Part shown: positions 1-11,300 of the stretch, piece after piece
Numbering within the stretch: position 1 is the first letter of the stretch
Layout: every line of letters begins with the position of its first letter
Assembly (NCBI GenBank): GCA_040081625.1
Contig: JBEBGD010000024.1
Coordinates: 1 to 60,907 of the forward strand
From: Chthoniobacteraceae bacterium
GTDB taxonomy: Bacteria; Verrucomicrobiota; Verrucomicrobiia; Chthoniobacterales; Chthoniobacteraceae
Reading direction: 5' to 3'
Length of the DNA stretch: 60,907 nt
The notes under the pieces: generated by a model
What the model saw: the letters and a program-made list of their open reading frames with translations, nothing else
Told to the model about the DNA's origin: nothing
Databases searched by the model: none
Program-made: the position numbers and the translations under genes

Positions 1-66
1 AGCGCGGAACGGGGGGGTGGGCAAATGGCTGTGGCCGCGCCCACGGAGCCCGGCTAGAACGTCGGC

Positions 67-2208
67 ATGAAATTCAACGCCTCACACTTCCTGAGCCGCG
101 AGCTTTCGTGGCTGGAGTTCAACCAGCGCGTGCTGGATGAGGCGCTCGATGCACGCAATCCGCTGCTCGAGCGCGTGAAGTTTTTCTGCATCACCAGCTC
201 GAATCTCGACGAGTTCTTCGAGGTCCGGGTCGCGGGGCTCAAGCAGCAGATCGAATCCGAGGTCGTGGAGCGCAGCATGGATGGCAACACGGCGAGCGAG
301 ACGTTCCGCGCGGTGCGCAAGCGCGTGGTGGCGATGGTCGAGCAGCAATACCGGCTCTGGCGCGAGCAGCTCGTGCCGGCGCTCGAGAAGGAAGGCATCG
401 TCTTCCACGACCCGCACCGGCTCAGTCCGCGCGACACCGCCTTCATCGAGGACTACTACCAGACGCAGGTGCGTCCGGTGCTCACGCCGCTCGGCATCGA
501 TCCGTCCCACCCCTTTCCGCAACTGCTCAACAAGTCGCTGAACATCGTCGTGTCGCTGGACATCGAGCAGAATGGCGAAGTCGAGCGCCGGCTCGGCGTG
601 GTGCAGGTGCCGCGCGCGCTTGTGCTGCCGCGGCTGGTCTGGCTGCCGCGTGAAGACGAGAGCCACGAGTATGTCTTCCTCGGTTCGCTCATCGGCACGC
701 ACCTGGCCGATCTTTTTCCCGGCACGCGCATTCTCGGCTGGTGGCATTTCCGCGTGACGCGAAACAGCGAGCTCTACATCGACGAGGAGGACGCGGGCAA
801 TCTGCTCAAGGCCGTCGAGGCCGAGCTGCACAATCGCCGGCGCGGCGCGGCGGTGCGGCTCGAGGTCGATCACGACTGCCCGCCCGAGATCACCAATCAA
901 CTGCTCGAGACGCTCGAGCTGACGGGCGACGATCTTTACGCGATCGACGGTCCGCTCAACCCGACGCGGCTCATGGCGATCTACGAAGGCGACCATTCGC
1001 CGGAGCTGCGCGACCGGCCTTTCGTCGCGCCCATCGGGGCGGCTTTCCGCGGCGGCACGGATATTTTCAGCGTCATCCGCCAGCGCGACGTGCTGCTGCA
1101 TCATCCCTACGAGAGCTACGCGAGCGTCGTCGATTTCCTCGAAGCCGCGGCTGCCGATCCGCACGTGCTCGCGATCAAGCAGACGCTCTACCGCAGCGGC
1201 GGCGACGCGCGAATCGTCGGCGCGCTGATGAACGCGGTGAAGAACGGCAAGCAGGTGACCGCCGTGACGGAACTGAAGGCGCGCTTCGATGAGGCGAACA
1301 ACATCCTTTGGGCGCGCAAGCTCGAGGAAGCCGGCGTCCATGTGATCTACGGCATCGTGAACCACAAGGTCCACGCGAAGATCGCGCTGGTGGTGCGGCG
1401 CGACGACGACGGCCTGCGCCGCTACGTCCACCTCGCGACGGGCAACTACAACCCAGGCACCGCGCGCCTTTACACCGACCTCTCGCTCTTCACCGCGAAG
1501 CCCGACTTCGGCGAGGACGCGACGAATCTCTTCAACCTGCTCACCGGGCTCGGCACCTTCCAGGGCGCGCGCAAGATGCTCATCGCGCCCTTCACGGCGC
1601 ACGACGCGATGCTCAAGTGCATCGAGCGCGAGTCTGCGAACGCCCGCGCCGGGCAGCCGACGCGCATCATCGCGAAGATGAACGCGCTCGTGGATCGCGA
1701 GATCATCGAGGCGCTCTACCGCGCGAGCCGCGCAGGGGTGAAGATCGACCTCATCGTGCGGGGAATCTGCTGCCTCAAGCCGGGCGTCGAAGGCGTGAGC
1801 GAGAACATCTGCGTGCGCTCGATCGTCGGCCGATTCCTCGAGCACTCGCGCATCTTCTGGTTTCAGAACGGTGGGCAGCCGCAGGTCTTCGTGAGCAGCG
1901 CGGACTGGATGCCGCGGAATTTTTTCCGCCGCGTCGAGACGATCTTCCCCATCGAGGAGCCCGCGCTCCAGCGGCGGATCTTCGAGCAGATTCTCGGAAC
2001 GCACCTCGCCGACAATACGAAGGCGAGCATCCTCAAGCCCGACGGCGCCTACGCACACGCGGCGAGGACGAAGGGCAGTTCGCCGCGCGACAGCCAGGAT
2101 GAATTCATGAGCCTCGCGCTCGGCGAGGAGCGGGTCCGCGGCCGGCAGCGCGCCGCCCGGCAGTCGGAGCCGGTGAAGTTCGAGATCGTCAGGTCGCCGG
2201 CGGCGTGA
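67..2208 (+). CDS. ppk1: Polyphosphate kinase 1
   Basis: 713 aa; RELSWLEFNQRVL, SSNLDEFFEVRVAGLK, LLHHPYES, IKQTLYR, ELKARFDE, KVHAK, SIVGRFLEHSR, SSADWMPRNFFRRVE. Confidence 0.97.
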   Translation: MKFNASHFLSRELSWLEFNQRVLDEALDARNPLLERVKFFCITSSNLDEFFEVRVAGLKQQIESEVVERSMDGNTASETFRAVRKRVVAMVEQQYRLWREQLVPALEKEGIVFHDPHRLSPRDTAFIEDYYQTQVRPVLTPLGIDPSHPFPQLLNKSLNIVVSLDIEQNGEVERRLGVVQVPRALVLPRLVWLPREDESHEYVFLGSLIGTHLADLFPGTRILGWWHFRVTRNSELYIDEEDAGNLLKAVEAELHNRRRGAAVRLEVDHDCPPEITNQLLETLELTGDDLYAIDGPLNPTRLMAIYEGDHSPELRDRPFVAPIGAAFRGGTDIFSVIRQRDVLLHHPYESYASVVDFLEAAAADPHVLAIKQTLYRSGGDARIVGALMNAVKNGKQVTAVTELKARFDEANNILWARKLEEAGVHVIYGIVNHKVHAKIALVVRRDDDGLRRYVHLATGNYNPGTARLYTDLSLFTAKPDFGEDATNLFNLLTGLGTFQGARKMLIAPFTAHDAMLKCIERESANARAGQPTRIIAKMNALVDREIIEALYRASRAGVKIDLIVRGICCLKPGVEGVSENICVRSIVGRFLEHSRIFWFQNGGQPQVFVSSADWMPRNFFRRVETIFPIEEPALQRRIFEQILGTHLADNTKASILKPDGAYAHAARTKGSSPRDSQDEFMSLALGEERVRGRQRAARQSEPVKFEIVRSPAA

Positions 2209-2258
2209 GGCTCGCGCTTGCCGCGCCGCGCTTCCGTCATACACTCCGCGCCCGCTCC

Positions 2259-3164
2259 ATGCGTCATCTCATCCTGCTCATCATTTTCCTCGCGAGCGTT
2301 CCGGCATTTGCTGCGAACACGCTCGCGTGGATCGTCGCCGACAACGCGACCGGCACCATCCTCGACAGCAGCGCGCCGGGGAAGAAATTGCAGGTCGCCT
2401 CGCTCACGAAGATCGCGACGGCAATGGTCGCGATCGACTGGGCCGAGGCCACGAGGAACGACCTCAGCCAGCTCGCCACGGTGCCGCAGAGCGCGATGAA
2501 CCTCGGCACGCAGTCGGGCGTGGGCTTCAGCACGGGCGATCGCTGCTCACTGCGCGACCTGCTCTACGCGGCGCTGCTGCAAAGCGATAACGCCGCCGCC
2601 GAGACGATCGCCGACCACATCGGGCGCGCGGTCGATGGCACAGGCGTCGCCGGCTTCGTCAAGCAGATGAATGCGCTGGGCCGTGACATCGGTATGGAGC
2701 ACACGCGGTTCACAAATCCGCACGGGCTCGATGACCGGAAACCGGTGCCGTATTCGACCGCCGAGGACCTCGTGAAGCTGACCGCCTACGCGATGAAGAA
2801 CCCCGGCTTTCGGTTCTTCGTGTCGCAGAAGGAACGCAAGATCGGCTACCAGGACGCGAGCGGTGGCGAGTCGCAATATCAGCTGCGCAACACGAACGAA
2901 CTGCTCGGCGTCGGCGGGATCGACGGCGTGAAGACCGGCCTGACGCGCAAAGCAGGCGGCTGCCTCATCATTTCCAGCACGAAGGCGCCGATCAGCCAGC
3001 AGGATGGCGACAAGGTGATGATCACCCCGCGCCGGCTGAACGTCGTCGTGCTCGGCAGCGACGACCGTTTCGGCGTGGCCAATGGCGCGCTCCAGCGCGG
3101 CTGGCAGCTCTGGGAGCAGTGGACCGCAGCGGGCCGGCCGGCAAAATGGAAGGCACCAAAATGA
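2259..3164 (+). CDS. D-alanyl-D-alanine carboxypeptidase, peptidase S11 family, secreted
   Basis: Start moved to ATG 2259 (MRHLILLIIFLASVPAFA signal peptide); SxxK (ASLTK), SDN, FTNPHGL, VKTG; stop overlaps pfkA start (ATGA). Confidence 0.9.
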   Translation: MRHLILLIIFLASVPAFAANTLAWIVADNATGTILDSSAPGKKLQVASLTKIATAMVAIDWAEATRNDLSQLATVPQSAMNLGTQSGVGFSTGDRCSLRDLLYAALLQSDNAAAETIADHIGRAVDGTGVAGFVKQMNALGRDIGMEHTRFTNPHGLDDRKPVPYSTAEDLVKLTAYAMKNPGFRFFVSQKERKIGYQDASGGESQYQLRNTNELLGVGGIDGVKTGLTRKAGGCLIISSTKAPISQQDGDKVMITPRRLNVVVLGSDDRFGVANGALQRGWQLWEQWTAAGRPAKWKAPK

Positions 3165-4237
3165 CCCAACGAATCGGAGTTCTCACCAGCGGGGGCGATT
3201 GCCCCGGGCTCAACGCAGTCATCCGCGGAGTCGTGCGCGCGGCGAGCAACCGGCATTGGGAAGTGCTCGGCTTTCACGACGGCTTCGAGGGATTGCTGCC
3301 TCCGGCAAATTACGAAGTGCTCGATGTGAAACGCTGCGCGGGCATCATGCAGCTCGGCGGCACCATCCTCGGCACGACCAACCGCGGCCACTTCGTCGCG
3401 AAGGTCGGCGAAGGCGCGAGCGCGCGCATCCCGGAGGACATCATCGAGCGCGCGAAGGCGACCTTGCAGCAGCTCGGCGTCGGCGCGCTCATCGCCATCG
3501 GCGGCGACGGCTCGCTGACCACGGCGCTCCAGCTCCAGGAGGCCGGCATCCCGATGATCGGCGTGCCGAAGACGATCGACAACGATCTCGAAGCGACCGC
3601 GACGAGCTTCGGTTTCGACAGTGCCGTGGCCTTCGTCTCCGACGCGCTCGACCGCCTGCACACTACAGCTTCGAGCCACAAGCGGGTCATGGTCATCGAA
3701 GTCATGGGCCGGCACTCCGGCTGGATCGCGCTCTATGGCGGGCTGGCGGGCGGCGCGGACATCATCCTCATCCCGGAGCTGCCGTTCGATTACGAAAAGA
3801 TCGCCGAGGCAGTCCGAAAGCGGGAGAGCGAAGGCTGCCTGAGCACGCTCGTGGTCGTGGCTGAAGGCGCTCACACGCATGACCGCGGCGAGCTGTATCG
3901 CAAGGCAGGCTCAGGCGAATACAAGCTCGGCGGCATCGGCGAACAGGTCGCCAATGAGATCGCTGCCCGCACCGGCAAGGAGACGCGCTGCTGCGTGCTC
4001 GGGCATCTCCAGCGCGGCGGCGATCCGACCACGCTCGATCGCATCCTCGGCACGCGCTTCGGCGTCCACGCCGTCGAGTTGATCGCCGAGGGACGCTTTG
4101 GCGAGATGGTGAGCTATCAGAACTACCAGGTCCTCGGCGTGCCGATCTCGCACGCGGTGCATCGGATCAAGCGCGTCCAGCCCGACAACCAGATGGTCGC
4201 CACCGGGCGCGCCGTGGGAATCACGTTCGGGGACTAG
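3161..4237 (+). CDS. pfkA: 6-phosphofructokinase (group III-like; GGDG + PKTIDND signature)
   Basis: ATG 3161 MTQRIGVLTSGGDCPGLNAVIR, GGTILGTTNR, IGGDGS, PKTIDND, EVMGR, LGHLQRGG. Confidence 0.95.
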   Translation: MTQRIGVLTSGGDCPGLNAVIRGVVRAASNRHWEVLGFHDGFEGLLPPANYEVLDVKRCAGIMQLGGTILGTTNRGHFVAKVGEGASARIPEDIIERAKATLQQLGVGALIAIGGDGSLTTALQLQEAGIPMIGVPKTIDNDLEATATSFGFDSAVAFVSDALDRLHTTASSHKRVMVIEVMGRHSGWIALYGGLAGGADIILIPELPFDYEKIAEAVRKRESEGCLSTLVVVAEGAHTHDRGELYRKAGSGEYKLGGIGEQVANEIAARTGKETRCCVLGHLQRGGDPTTLDRILGTRFGVHAVELIAEGRFGEMVSYQNYQVLGVPISHAVHRIKRVQPDNQMVATGRAVGITFGD

Positions 4238-4240
4238 AAG

Positions 4241-4348
4241 TGGACCTCCGGCGTCCCCGCCGGCCACTATGCCGCGAAGCGAAGCGTCCAACATCGATTG
4301 GATGCTTCGCATGATTGTGTCGTGGCCGGCGGGGACGCCGGCGCTCCA
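4241..4348. repeat. Inverted REP-like doublet with nested inner hairpin between convergent pfkA and mazG
   Basis: Perfect 20-bp inverted repeat 4248-4267 (CCGGCGTCCCCGCCGGCCAC) / 4322-4341. Each arm is itself palindromic (GCCGGCG-TCCC-CGCCGGC), and the right arm begins GGAG on the minus strand. Inner stem GCGAAGCGTCCAA/TTGGATGCTTCGC has 1 mismatch. Confidence 0.85.
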
Positions 4349-4351
4349 TCC

Positions 4352-5134
4352 CTACTTCGCTGCCTTCACCTCGTCCCACAGCGCGTCGAGTTCGGCGAGC
4401 GTGAGGGTTTCGAGGCTCAGGTTTCGGGCGCGGGCCAGCGCCTCGATGCCGCGGAAGCGCGCGCTGAATTTCCGCGTCGCGCCGTGCAGCGCGGTCTCGG
4501 CGTCGATGCCGAGTTTGCGGGCGAGGTTCACCACGGCGAAGAGCAGGTCTCCGAGTTCCTCCTCGCGCTCCGCCGGTGGCGCCTGCTCGGTCTCGAGCAA
4601 TTCCTCGCGCACTTTTTCATAGACCGGCGCGACGTCGGGCCAGTCGAAGCCGACCTTCGCGGCTTTCTTTTGGATCTTCTCCGCGTGGAGCAGCGCGGGC
4701 ATCCCGGTGCTCACGCCATCGAGCAGGCTCTCCAGCACCGCGCCTTTCTCGGCGCGCTTGATGTCGTCCCAGCGGCGCAGCACATCGGCGGAGTCTTCGG
4801 CGACGTGATCGCCGAAGACGTGCGGATGCCTGCGGATGAGCTTTTCGCAGTGCTCGTGCGCGACCGCGTCGAGATCGAAGCGCCCCTCATCCTCGGCGAT
4901 CTGCGCGTGAAAGACCGCCTGGAGCAGCAGGTCGCCGAGTTCCTCGCGCAAGTTCGCGTCGTCGCCCGAGTCGATCGCATCCACGACTTCGTAAGCTTCC
5001 TCGATCAGCCCCGCGCGCAGCGAGGCGTGCGTCTGCTCATGGTCCCAGGGGCAGCCGCCCGGCCCGCGTAGCGCGGCGACGATGGCGCGCAGGCGGTCGA
5101 GCGGCGGGAGCGTGGCGGGTGGAGTCGGGAGCAT
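4352..5134 (-). CDS. mazG: Nucleoside triphosphate pyrophosphohydrolase MazG
   Basis: ATG 5134; LRGPGGCPWDHEQT, EEAYEVVDAI, EELGDLLLQ, KLIRRHPHVFG, GFDWP, second EELGDLLFA. Confidence 0.96.
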   Translation of the reverse strand: MLPTPPATLPPLDRLRAIVAALRGPGGCPWDHEQTHASLRAGLIEEAYEVVDAIDSGDDANLREELGDLLLQAVFHAQIAEDEGRFDLDAVAHEHCEKLIRRHPHVFGDHVAEDSADVLRRWDDIKRAEKGAVLESLLDGVSTGMPALLHAEKIQKKAAKVGFDWPDVAPVYEKVREELLETEQAPPAEREEELGDLLFAVVNLARKLGIDAETALHGATRKFSARFRGIEALARARNLSLETLTLAELDALWDEVKAAK

Positions 5135-5306
5135 TGCGGGACTCAGTAGCGGGCGAAAGTGCGGCGCGCATCCGCCGTTTTTGATCGGAGAGGTAATATC
5201 ATTTTCTGACTTGCCCAAACCGGCAGCAAATCGACGCATTGGCGGGCATGATCGCGCTTGACGCTACTCTAGGGTTGAACGTTGTTGCGTTCAGCCATCC
5301 CCGGTC

Positions 5307-8300
5307 GTGAATAAAACTTTTCCCCGCCTCATCTGCGCTGGTTCCATTGCGGCCTTCCTTCTTGGATCGCTGACTTGTCCGCCGGAGGCGAAAGCGGTAG
5401 TCCTTCACTGGACGGGGACGACCAGCAATACGTGGGCGACTTTTAACAACTGGTCGATCAACCCCGCGGTTAATACGAATCCGGCGTTCGTCGTGCCGGG
5501 TGCGGCCGATGTGGCGACCTTCAACTGGACGGGTGGAATCCCGGCGAACCAGATCGCGACGATCGGCGTCGGGCGGAATGCCGGGGAGTTGGTCTTTGGC
5601 GCGAACTCGACCACCGCGATCAATCTCGGTGCCAGCGGTCTCACGCTGACGCTGGCCGGCGTGAACGATGCGACCGTGGGTGCGATCACCGGCATCCGGG
5701 TCGATTCCGGCGCGGCGGCCCACACGATCTCAGCAAACCTAGCGCTGTCTGCGACGCAGGTGTGGAAGAACTCGTCGCCGACGAACAACTTCACGATCGG
5801 CGGGTCGTTCACGCCGGGTGCGGCGAACCTCACGCTGAACTCGGCGAGCACTCGCGGCTTCGTCTTCGGCGGAGCAGTGACGCTGGGCAACACGACGACG
5901 TGGACCAACGACAGCCTGACCGGCGGGTTCACCATCGGCCCCGTAACCACGACGCTCAACGCGGGAGTCAACTGGACGCTCGCCGGGGCGGGGGCCATCT
6001 CGGTCGGCGGCACATTCGTCGCGAGGGCGGGCAGCAATGATACGGTCACGATCAGCGGCACCGGTGCGCGCTCGTTCAACAACATCGATCTCTCCGATAC
6101 GGCCGCGAACAATTTCCTGACGATGTCGATCCCGGGCGGTTCGGCGGTGACGGTGCTCGGCCCGGTGGCCAATGGAGGCACCTCCACGGCCAGCGGCCTG
6201 ACCAAGAACGGGGTTGGTTCGCTCACGCTCACCGGCCTGAACAGCTTCGCCGGCTTGCTCGCCATCAATGACGGCGCGGTAATACTGACGAACTCGAACA
6301 CGGCCGCGTTTCCAGTGACCCTCGGCCAGAGCGCGAGCCCGGCGACGCTGACGCCGAGGCTCACGGTCGATCAACCGACACTCGTGGGGACGATCACTTT
6401 CCAAAACGGCGGCGGCGCTTCGCCGGGCGGGGTGATCGACACGACCAGCACCGGCACGCTGCGGCTCGTGGGCACGACGACGATCAGTGTGGCCGATACG
6501 TCGGTCGCGCCGAATGCCGGTCGCGACGACCTCGCGATCAATGTCCCGATCGTCAACGACGCGGGCACGGCGCGCGCGGCGACGAAGACCGGGCTCGGGA
6601 ACCTCGTCTTCAATGGCGCGAACAGCTTTACCGGCACGCTGACGATCAGCAGCGGGCAGGTGATCGTGCGCACGAGCAACAGCAACGCGGGCGGGCTGAC
6701 GATGACGCCGAACGCGACGACCCCGACCAAGCTGCTGCTCGAGAACGGCGCGGACTTCCGAATGTTCGGCACGCTAACGACGAACACTACCGCTGCGGCG
6801 AGCGGGTTGGAGATTGCAAACGGCCTGACTGCTGGAGGCCGCGTGCTCTTGAACCCGGGGGCCACCGCGGTCTCGCGCACCTTCAATGTGCTCGACAATA
6901 CGGCGGCGGCCAACGACCTGATCATCACCGTCCCGATCGCCGACGGGGGCACGGGGCCTTCGAGCATCAGCAAGGAAGGGGCCGGGCAGTTGGTGTTCCG
7001 GGCAGACAACACGTTCGCCGGCCCGCTGAGTTTTTACCGCGGGACGACGGTGGTCGATTACGGCTTCAGCCAGGCGGGCAAGCTGTCCGACCTCGGTGAT
7101 CTCCAGCCGCGCGGCGGCGTGCTCACGCTCAGCAGCAGCACCATCGGCCCGGTGGCCGAAGTGGTGGGCAATCTCAGCCCCGGCGGCAGCAATCTCGGCC
7201 CGCTCACCGTCAATCCCAGCCCCGCCGGCGCCGAACCCGCGTCGCACGGCAACCTCAACGGCACCGCGTCCCCCTCGGGCGGCGCGAGCCTGATCAATCT
7301 GGTCAGCAACAACAACCAGGACATCTCGCTGACCTTCTCCGGCTTCCTGCGCAATCCGGGCGGCGGCATCGTGACGCTCGCGGTGAACGACCCGGCGCAC
7401 GCGCAGTTTCGCACCACGCAGGTCAACAACAGCGCCGGCTTGCTCGCCGTGAACGCGATCCTCGGCGGACGCTGGATCGCCAACGATGGCTCGGGCAGGA
7501 TCGTGCAGGCCGTCGGCGTGACGAACTCCGACCAGAGCCAGTGGCAATCGACGCAGCACATTCAGGTCGCCACTCAGCCGACGGGCGTGCTGACCACCAA
7601 CCGCATCGGCGCGCTCAGCTTCACGGGCGGGGATGCGACGTTGACGATCAACAACTCGACCCGCTCGCTTACGCTGACGACCGCGGGCGTCCTGCTGGCT
7701 TCGGGCGCGTCGGCGAGCGTCGTCGAGATCGCCGGCGGCAAGCTGATGACCGAGCTGCCCTACCGCTCCGCGGCAGGCGCGGACATCCTGCTTCAAAATT
7801 TCGCGACCGGCCTGCTGAAGGTTTCCTCGAACCTCGGCCACAGCGATGCGCCGCTCGGAAACACGCTCTTCATCACCATCGCCGGCACCGGCGTCGTGGA
7901 ACTGGCGGGCAAGAGCACCTCGCTGCCGACCTACAACGGCAACACCATCCTGCGCGGCGCGGTGAAGGTCATCGGCGGCGCGACGCTGCGGGTGAGCGGT
8001 GGCGACGCGATCAGCGACTACCTCCCGCTCGACCTCGGCACCAATGGCGATGTCGCGGGCAACTTCCAACTCAACGGCGCATCCGAGGCGATCGGCGGCA
8101 TTCTCAGCGTCAACACGAACCAGGGCAACAATGGCGGCTCGATCAGCCTCGGCACGGGCGGCGCGCTGACGCTCAACCAGACCATCAGCGCGGAGACCTT
8201 CTCCGGGACCATCACCGGCACGTCGGCCAGCTTGATCAAGCAGGGCAACCAGACCACGACCCTCGCCAGCGCGACCGCGACCAATCCGTTCGCATTCACG

Positions 8301-11300
8301 GGCAGCGTGCAGGTGCTCGGCGGGTTGCTCGATCTCACGGGTGCGAACCCCGGCATCACCGGCGTCACCAGCATCCTGCTGCGCGATGGCGAAATCCGCA
8401 GCGAGCAGAACCAGGCGTCGATCGTGAACAAGCTCGGCGACAGCGCGACGGTGCGGCTGGAAGGCACGCGCAATGACGGGCTGCGCGTCACGAGCAATCA
8501 AAATGGACGCTCCGAGTCGGTGCTGGCGCTGGAGGTGAACGCGAGCGCGAACTCGGTCACCGTCAACGCGAACAACGCGACGACACCGCTGACGCTCAGT
8601 TTCACCAAATCGACCGCCGGCCTCGTGCGCTCGAATGCGGCGACGATGCTCGTGCGCGGCGACGACCTCGGCGGCGGCGCGGGCGGCACAGCGACGAACA
8701 CGGCGCGCATCCTTTTCACCAGCGGCGTGACCGGGCTCGTCGGCGGCGGGACGACGTCTGGCTCGACGATCAGCATCCTGCCATGGGCCATCGGCTCGAC
8801 GGCGGATCCGGTGGCAGCCGTCGTCGGAGATTCCTTCGTGACCTACGGGACCAATGGGCTGCGTCCGCTGGCACCATCGGAATACACCACCGGCTACCCT
8901 CCCGCGCCGGCGACCTCAAATTTCACGACCAATACGACGCAGACCGGACTCGCCACCGCGACGCTGAACTCGCTGCGCATGGACACGAGCGCCGGACCCG
9001 TGTCGATGACCGGCGTTGGCGGCGGCACCAATATTCTGACGATCAGCAGCGGAGCAATCCTCGTGAGCGCCGGGGCGACCACGAACAACGCAACGATCGA
9101 CGGCTACTTCCGGCTCGATCCCGGCGCGCAGAGCGAATACGTGATCCACGTCACTTCGTCGAGCGCGACTGCCGCGGACACGGTGCTCACGATCGCGCCA
9201 TTCATCACCGAGAGCGGCGCCGGCAATGTGAGCGTGACCAAGTCCGGCACCGGCACGCTTGAGCTGACCGGCACGGGCAACAACTTCCAGGGCGGCCTGA
9301 CTGTGAATCAGGGCGTCCTCCAATTCGGGAACATCAACAACATCGGCAGCAGCACCGGGCTCGTGCGGCTCGCGGGCGGCACCTTGAAATGGACGGGTGC
9401 GACCACGGTGGACGTCTCAGCGCACCCGATCGAACTGCGCGGCCCCGTCTCCTACTACACGCCCGCCGGCACCGGCGCGGCCGGCAACGCGCTCAATCGC
9501 GGCAGCACCATCGACACGGGCATCCAGACCGTCACCATCGCCGGGCCATCCGGCAGTGGCGGGCTCGTCAAGATCGGCACCGGCACGCTGACGGTGAGCA
9601 CCGCGCCGACCTACACGGGCGGCACCGTGCATATGCAGGGGCTCCTGGAGCTGCCGTCGCTCACGACCAGTTCCGGCCTCTACATCATGCCGGAGAATTT
9701 CAACGGGCAGGAAAACATCGGCGTGCAGGTCAACGTCACCAACGCGCTGAGCGTGCAGCAACTCATCGTCGGCGGCGTCTTCACCACCACCTCCACGCTC
9801 AACAGCGCCGGCACCCTCGTCGTCGGCACCCCGTCCATTCACCCCGCCGTCACGATCGGCAATGGCGGCGGCGATTCCTACATCCTCGTGGGCTATCGCG
9901 ATGAACTCGCCGCGACCGCGACTGCCGGCACTGTCGTCAGCGGCATCGCGGATTTCACCAAGGCTGGGTCGGTGGACATCAACGTCTCCCGTATCTTTCT
10001 CGGGCAAAACAAAGGCGGCGCGACGGGGACGTTCCGCACCGATGGCGACATGAGACTCGCATCGACCGGCACGAACAACGTCACCGCGGGTGTCGTGCTC
10101 GTCGGCAACAGCCCCGGCCCGGACAGCACCGGCGCCGGCGGCACCATCTCGACGCTCTTCCTCGGCGGCGGCTTGAACAACTTCAAGGTCGATTCGATGG
10201 TCATCGGTGGCCAGAACAGCAACGGCAAAGTGGACCTCGCCACTGGCGGCACCTTCGTCCTGCGCGACCGCAGCGGGCTGGGTGGCGCGAACGTGTTTAT
10301 CGGCGACAACGACGACAACACGGGGACCATCCAGGACTTCAACAACACCACGCTCGACACCACTGGTGGGTCGATCGACGCGAAGATCAACCTGCTCGTC
10401 ATCGGTCGCCACGGTGCCGGCACTGGCGGCGGCGAAGGCGCGCTGCGCTTCAAGGCCGGCACGATCGAGGCGACGACCGTGCAGATGGGGGTCATCAGCA
10501 ATCGCGGCAACTCGACCAATCCCGCACAGACCGTCTCCGAGATCACGCAGGGCGGCGGCACCTTCCGCTTCGGCACCCTCTCGCGCGGCGGTGCGGCGGG
10601 TGTGTCGGCGCGCTACAATTGGGACGAAGGCACCATCGAGCCCATCGCGGGGATGAATGCGTTCAACCAGAACGTCTTCATCACCACCAAGCCTGGCATC
10701 AACGGACTGCCGCACTTCCTCAACGTCCCATTTGGCGCGACGATGACGTTCGGCTCCGGTGCGGGCTTCGATGGAACCGACGACGTGACCAAGACCGGTC
10801 AGGGCACGCTGATCCTCCAGGGCGCCAGCACCCACGGCGCGACATTCGTCAACGAAGGGACCCTCCTCGCCAACAACACGAGCGCTTCCGCAACCGGCTC
10901 GGGCTTCGTCCGGGTCGAGGGCGGAGCCGAGCTCGGCGGTTCAGGCCGGATCACCGGCACGACCATCATTAAGAATGGCGGAAAGCTCACCGTAGGCGCT
11001 ATCGCGGGTAGCATCGGTGCGTTCCAACTCGCCGATCTCGACATCCAGGAAGGCGGCATCCTGGAGCTCGAGATCAAGACCAACGGAGCTGCACCGTTTT
11101 CCGATGAGCTGACTCTCAACGGCTCGATGAACCTCGATCCGGATATCGATCCGATGACCAACCCGATCCTGAGCTTGACCAAGCTCAGCGGTGCCACCTT
11201 GGCGGAAGGCGTCACAATCCCGCTTATCAATTACTTCGGCGGCTGGGACGGCGGCTTGTTCAAGGTCAATGGCGAGGTCATCGACGACTACGACGACTTC

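Noticed and set aside
82..2244. 720-aa antisense ORF over ppk1, and similar long shadow ORFs (e.g. 21562-23496, 6774-8501, 26221-27678, 33051-34430)
   Set aside because: These are antisense or off-frame to clearly recognisable genes, Arg/Ala-rich and without motifs, as expected from stop-codon scarcity at high GC.
4352..5134. MazG as an anti-phage or toxin-antitoxin component
   Set aside because: It is a canonical tandem-domain housekeeping MazG with no toxin or defence neighbours.
5230..5306. Possible sigma-54 promoter upstream of the PEP-CTERM gene
   Set aside because: A GG-N10-GC spacing exists but lacks the TGGCAC and TTGC context; not distinguishable from chance.
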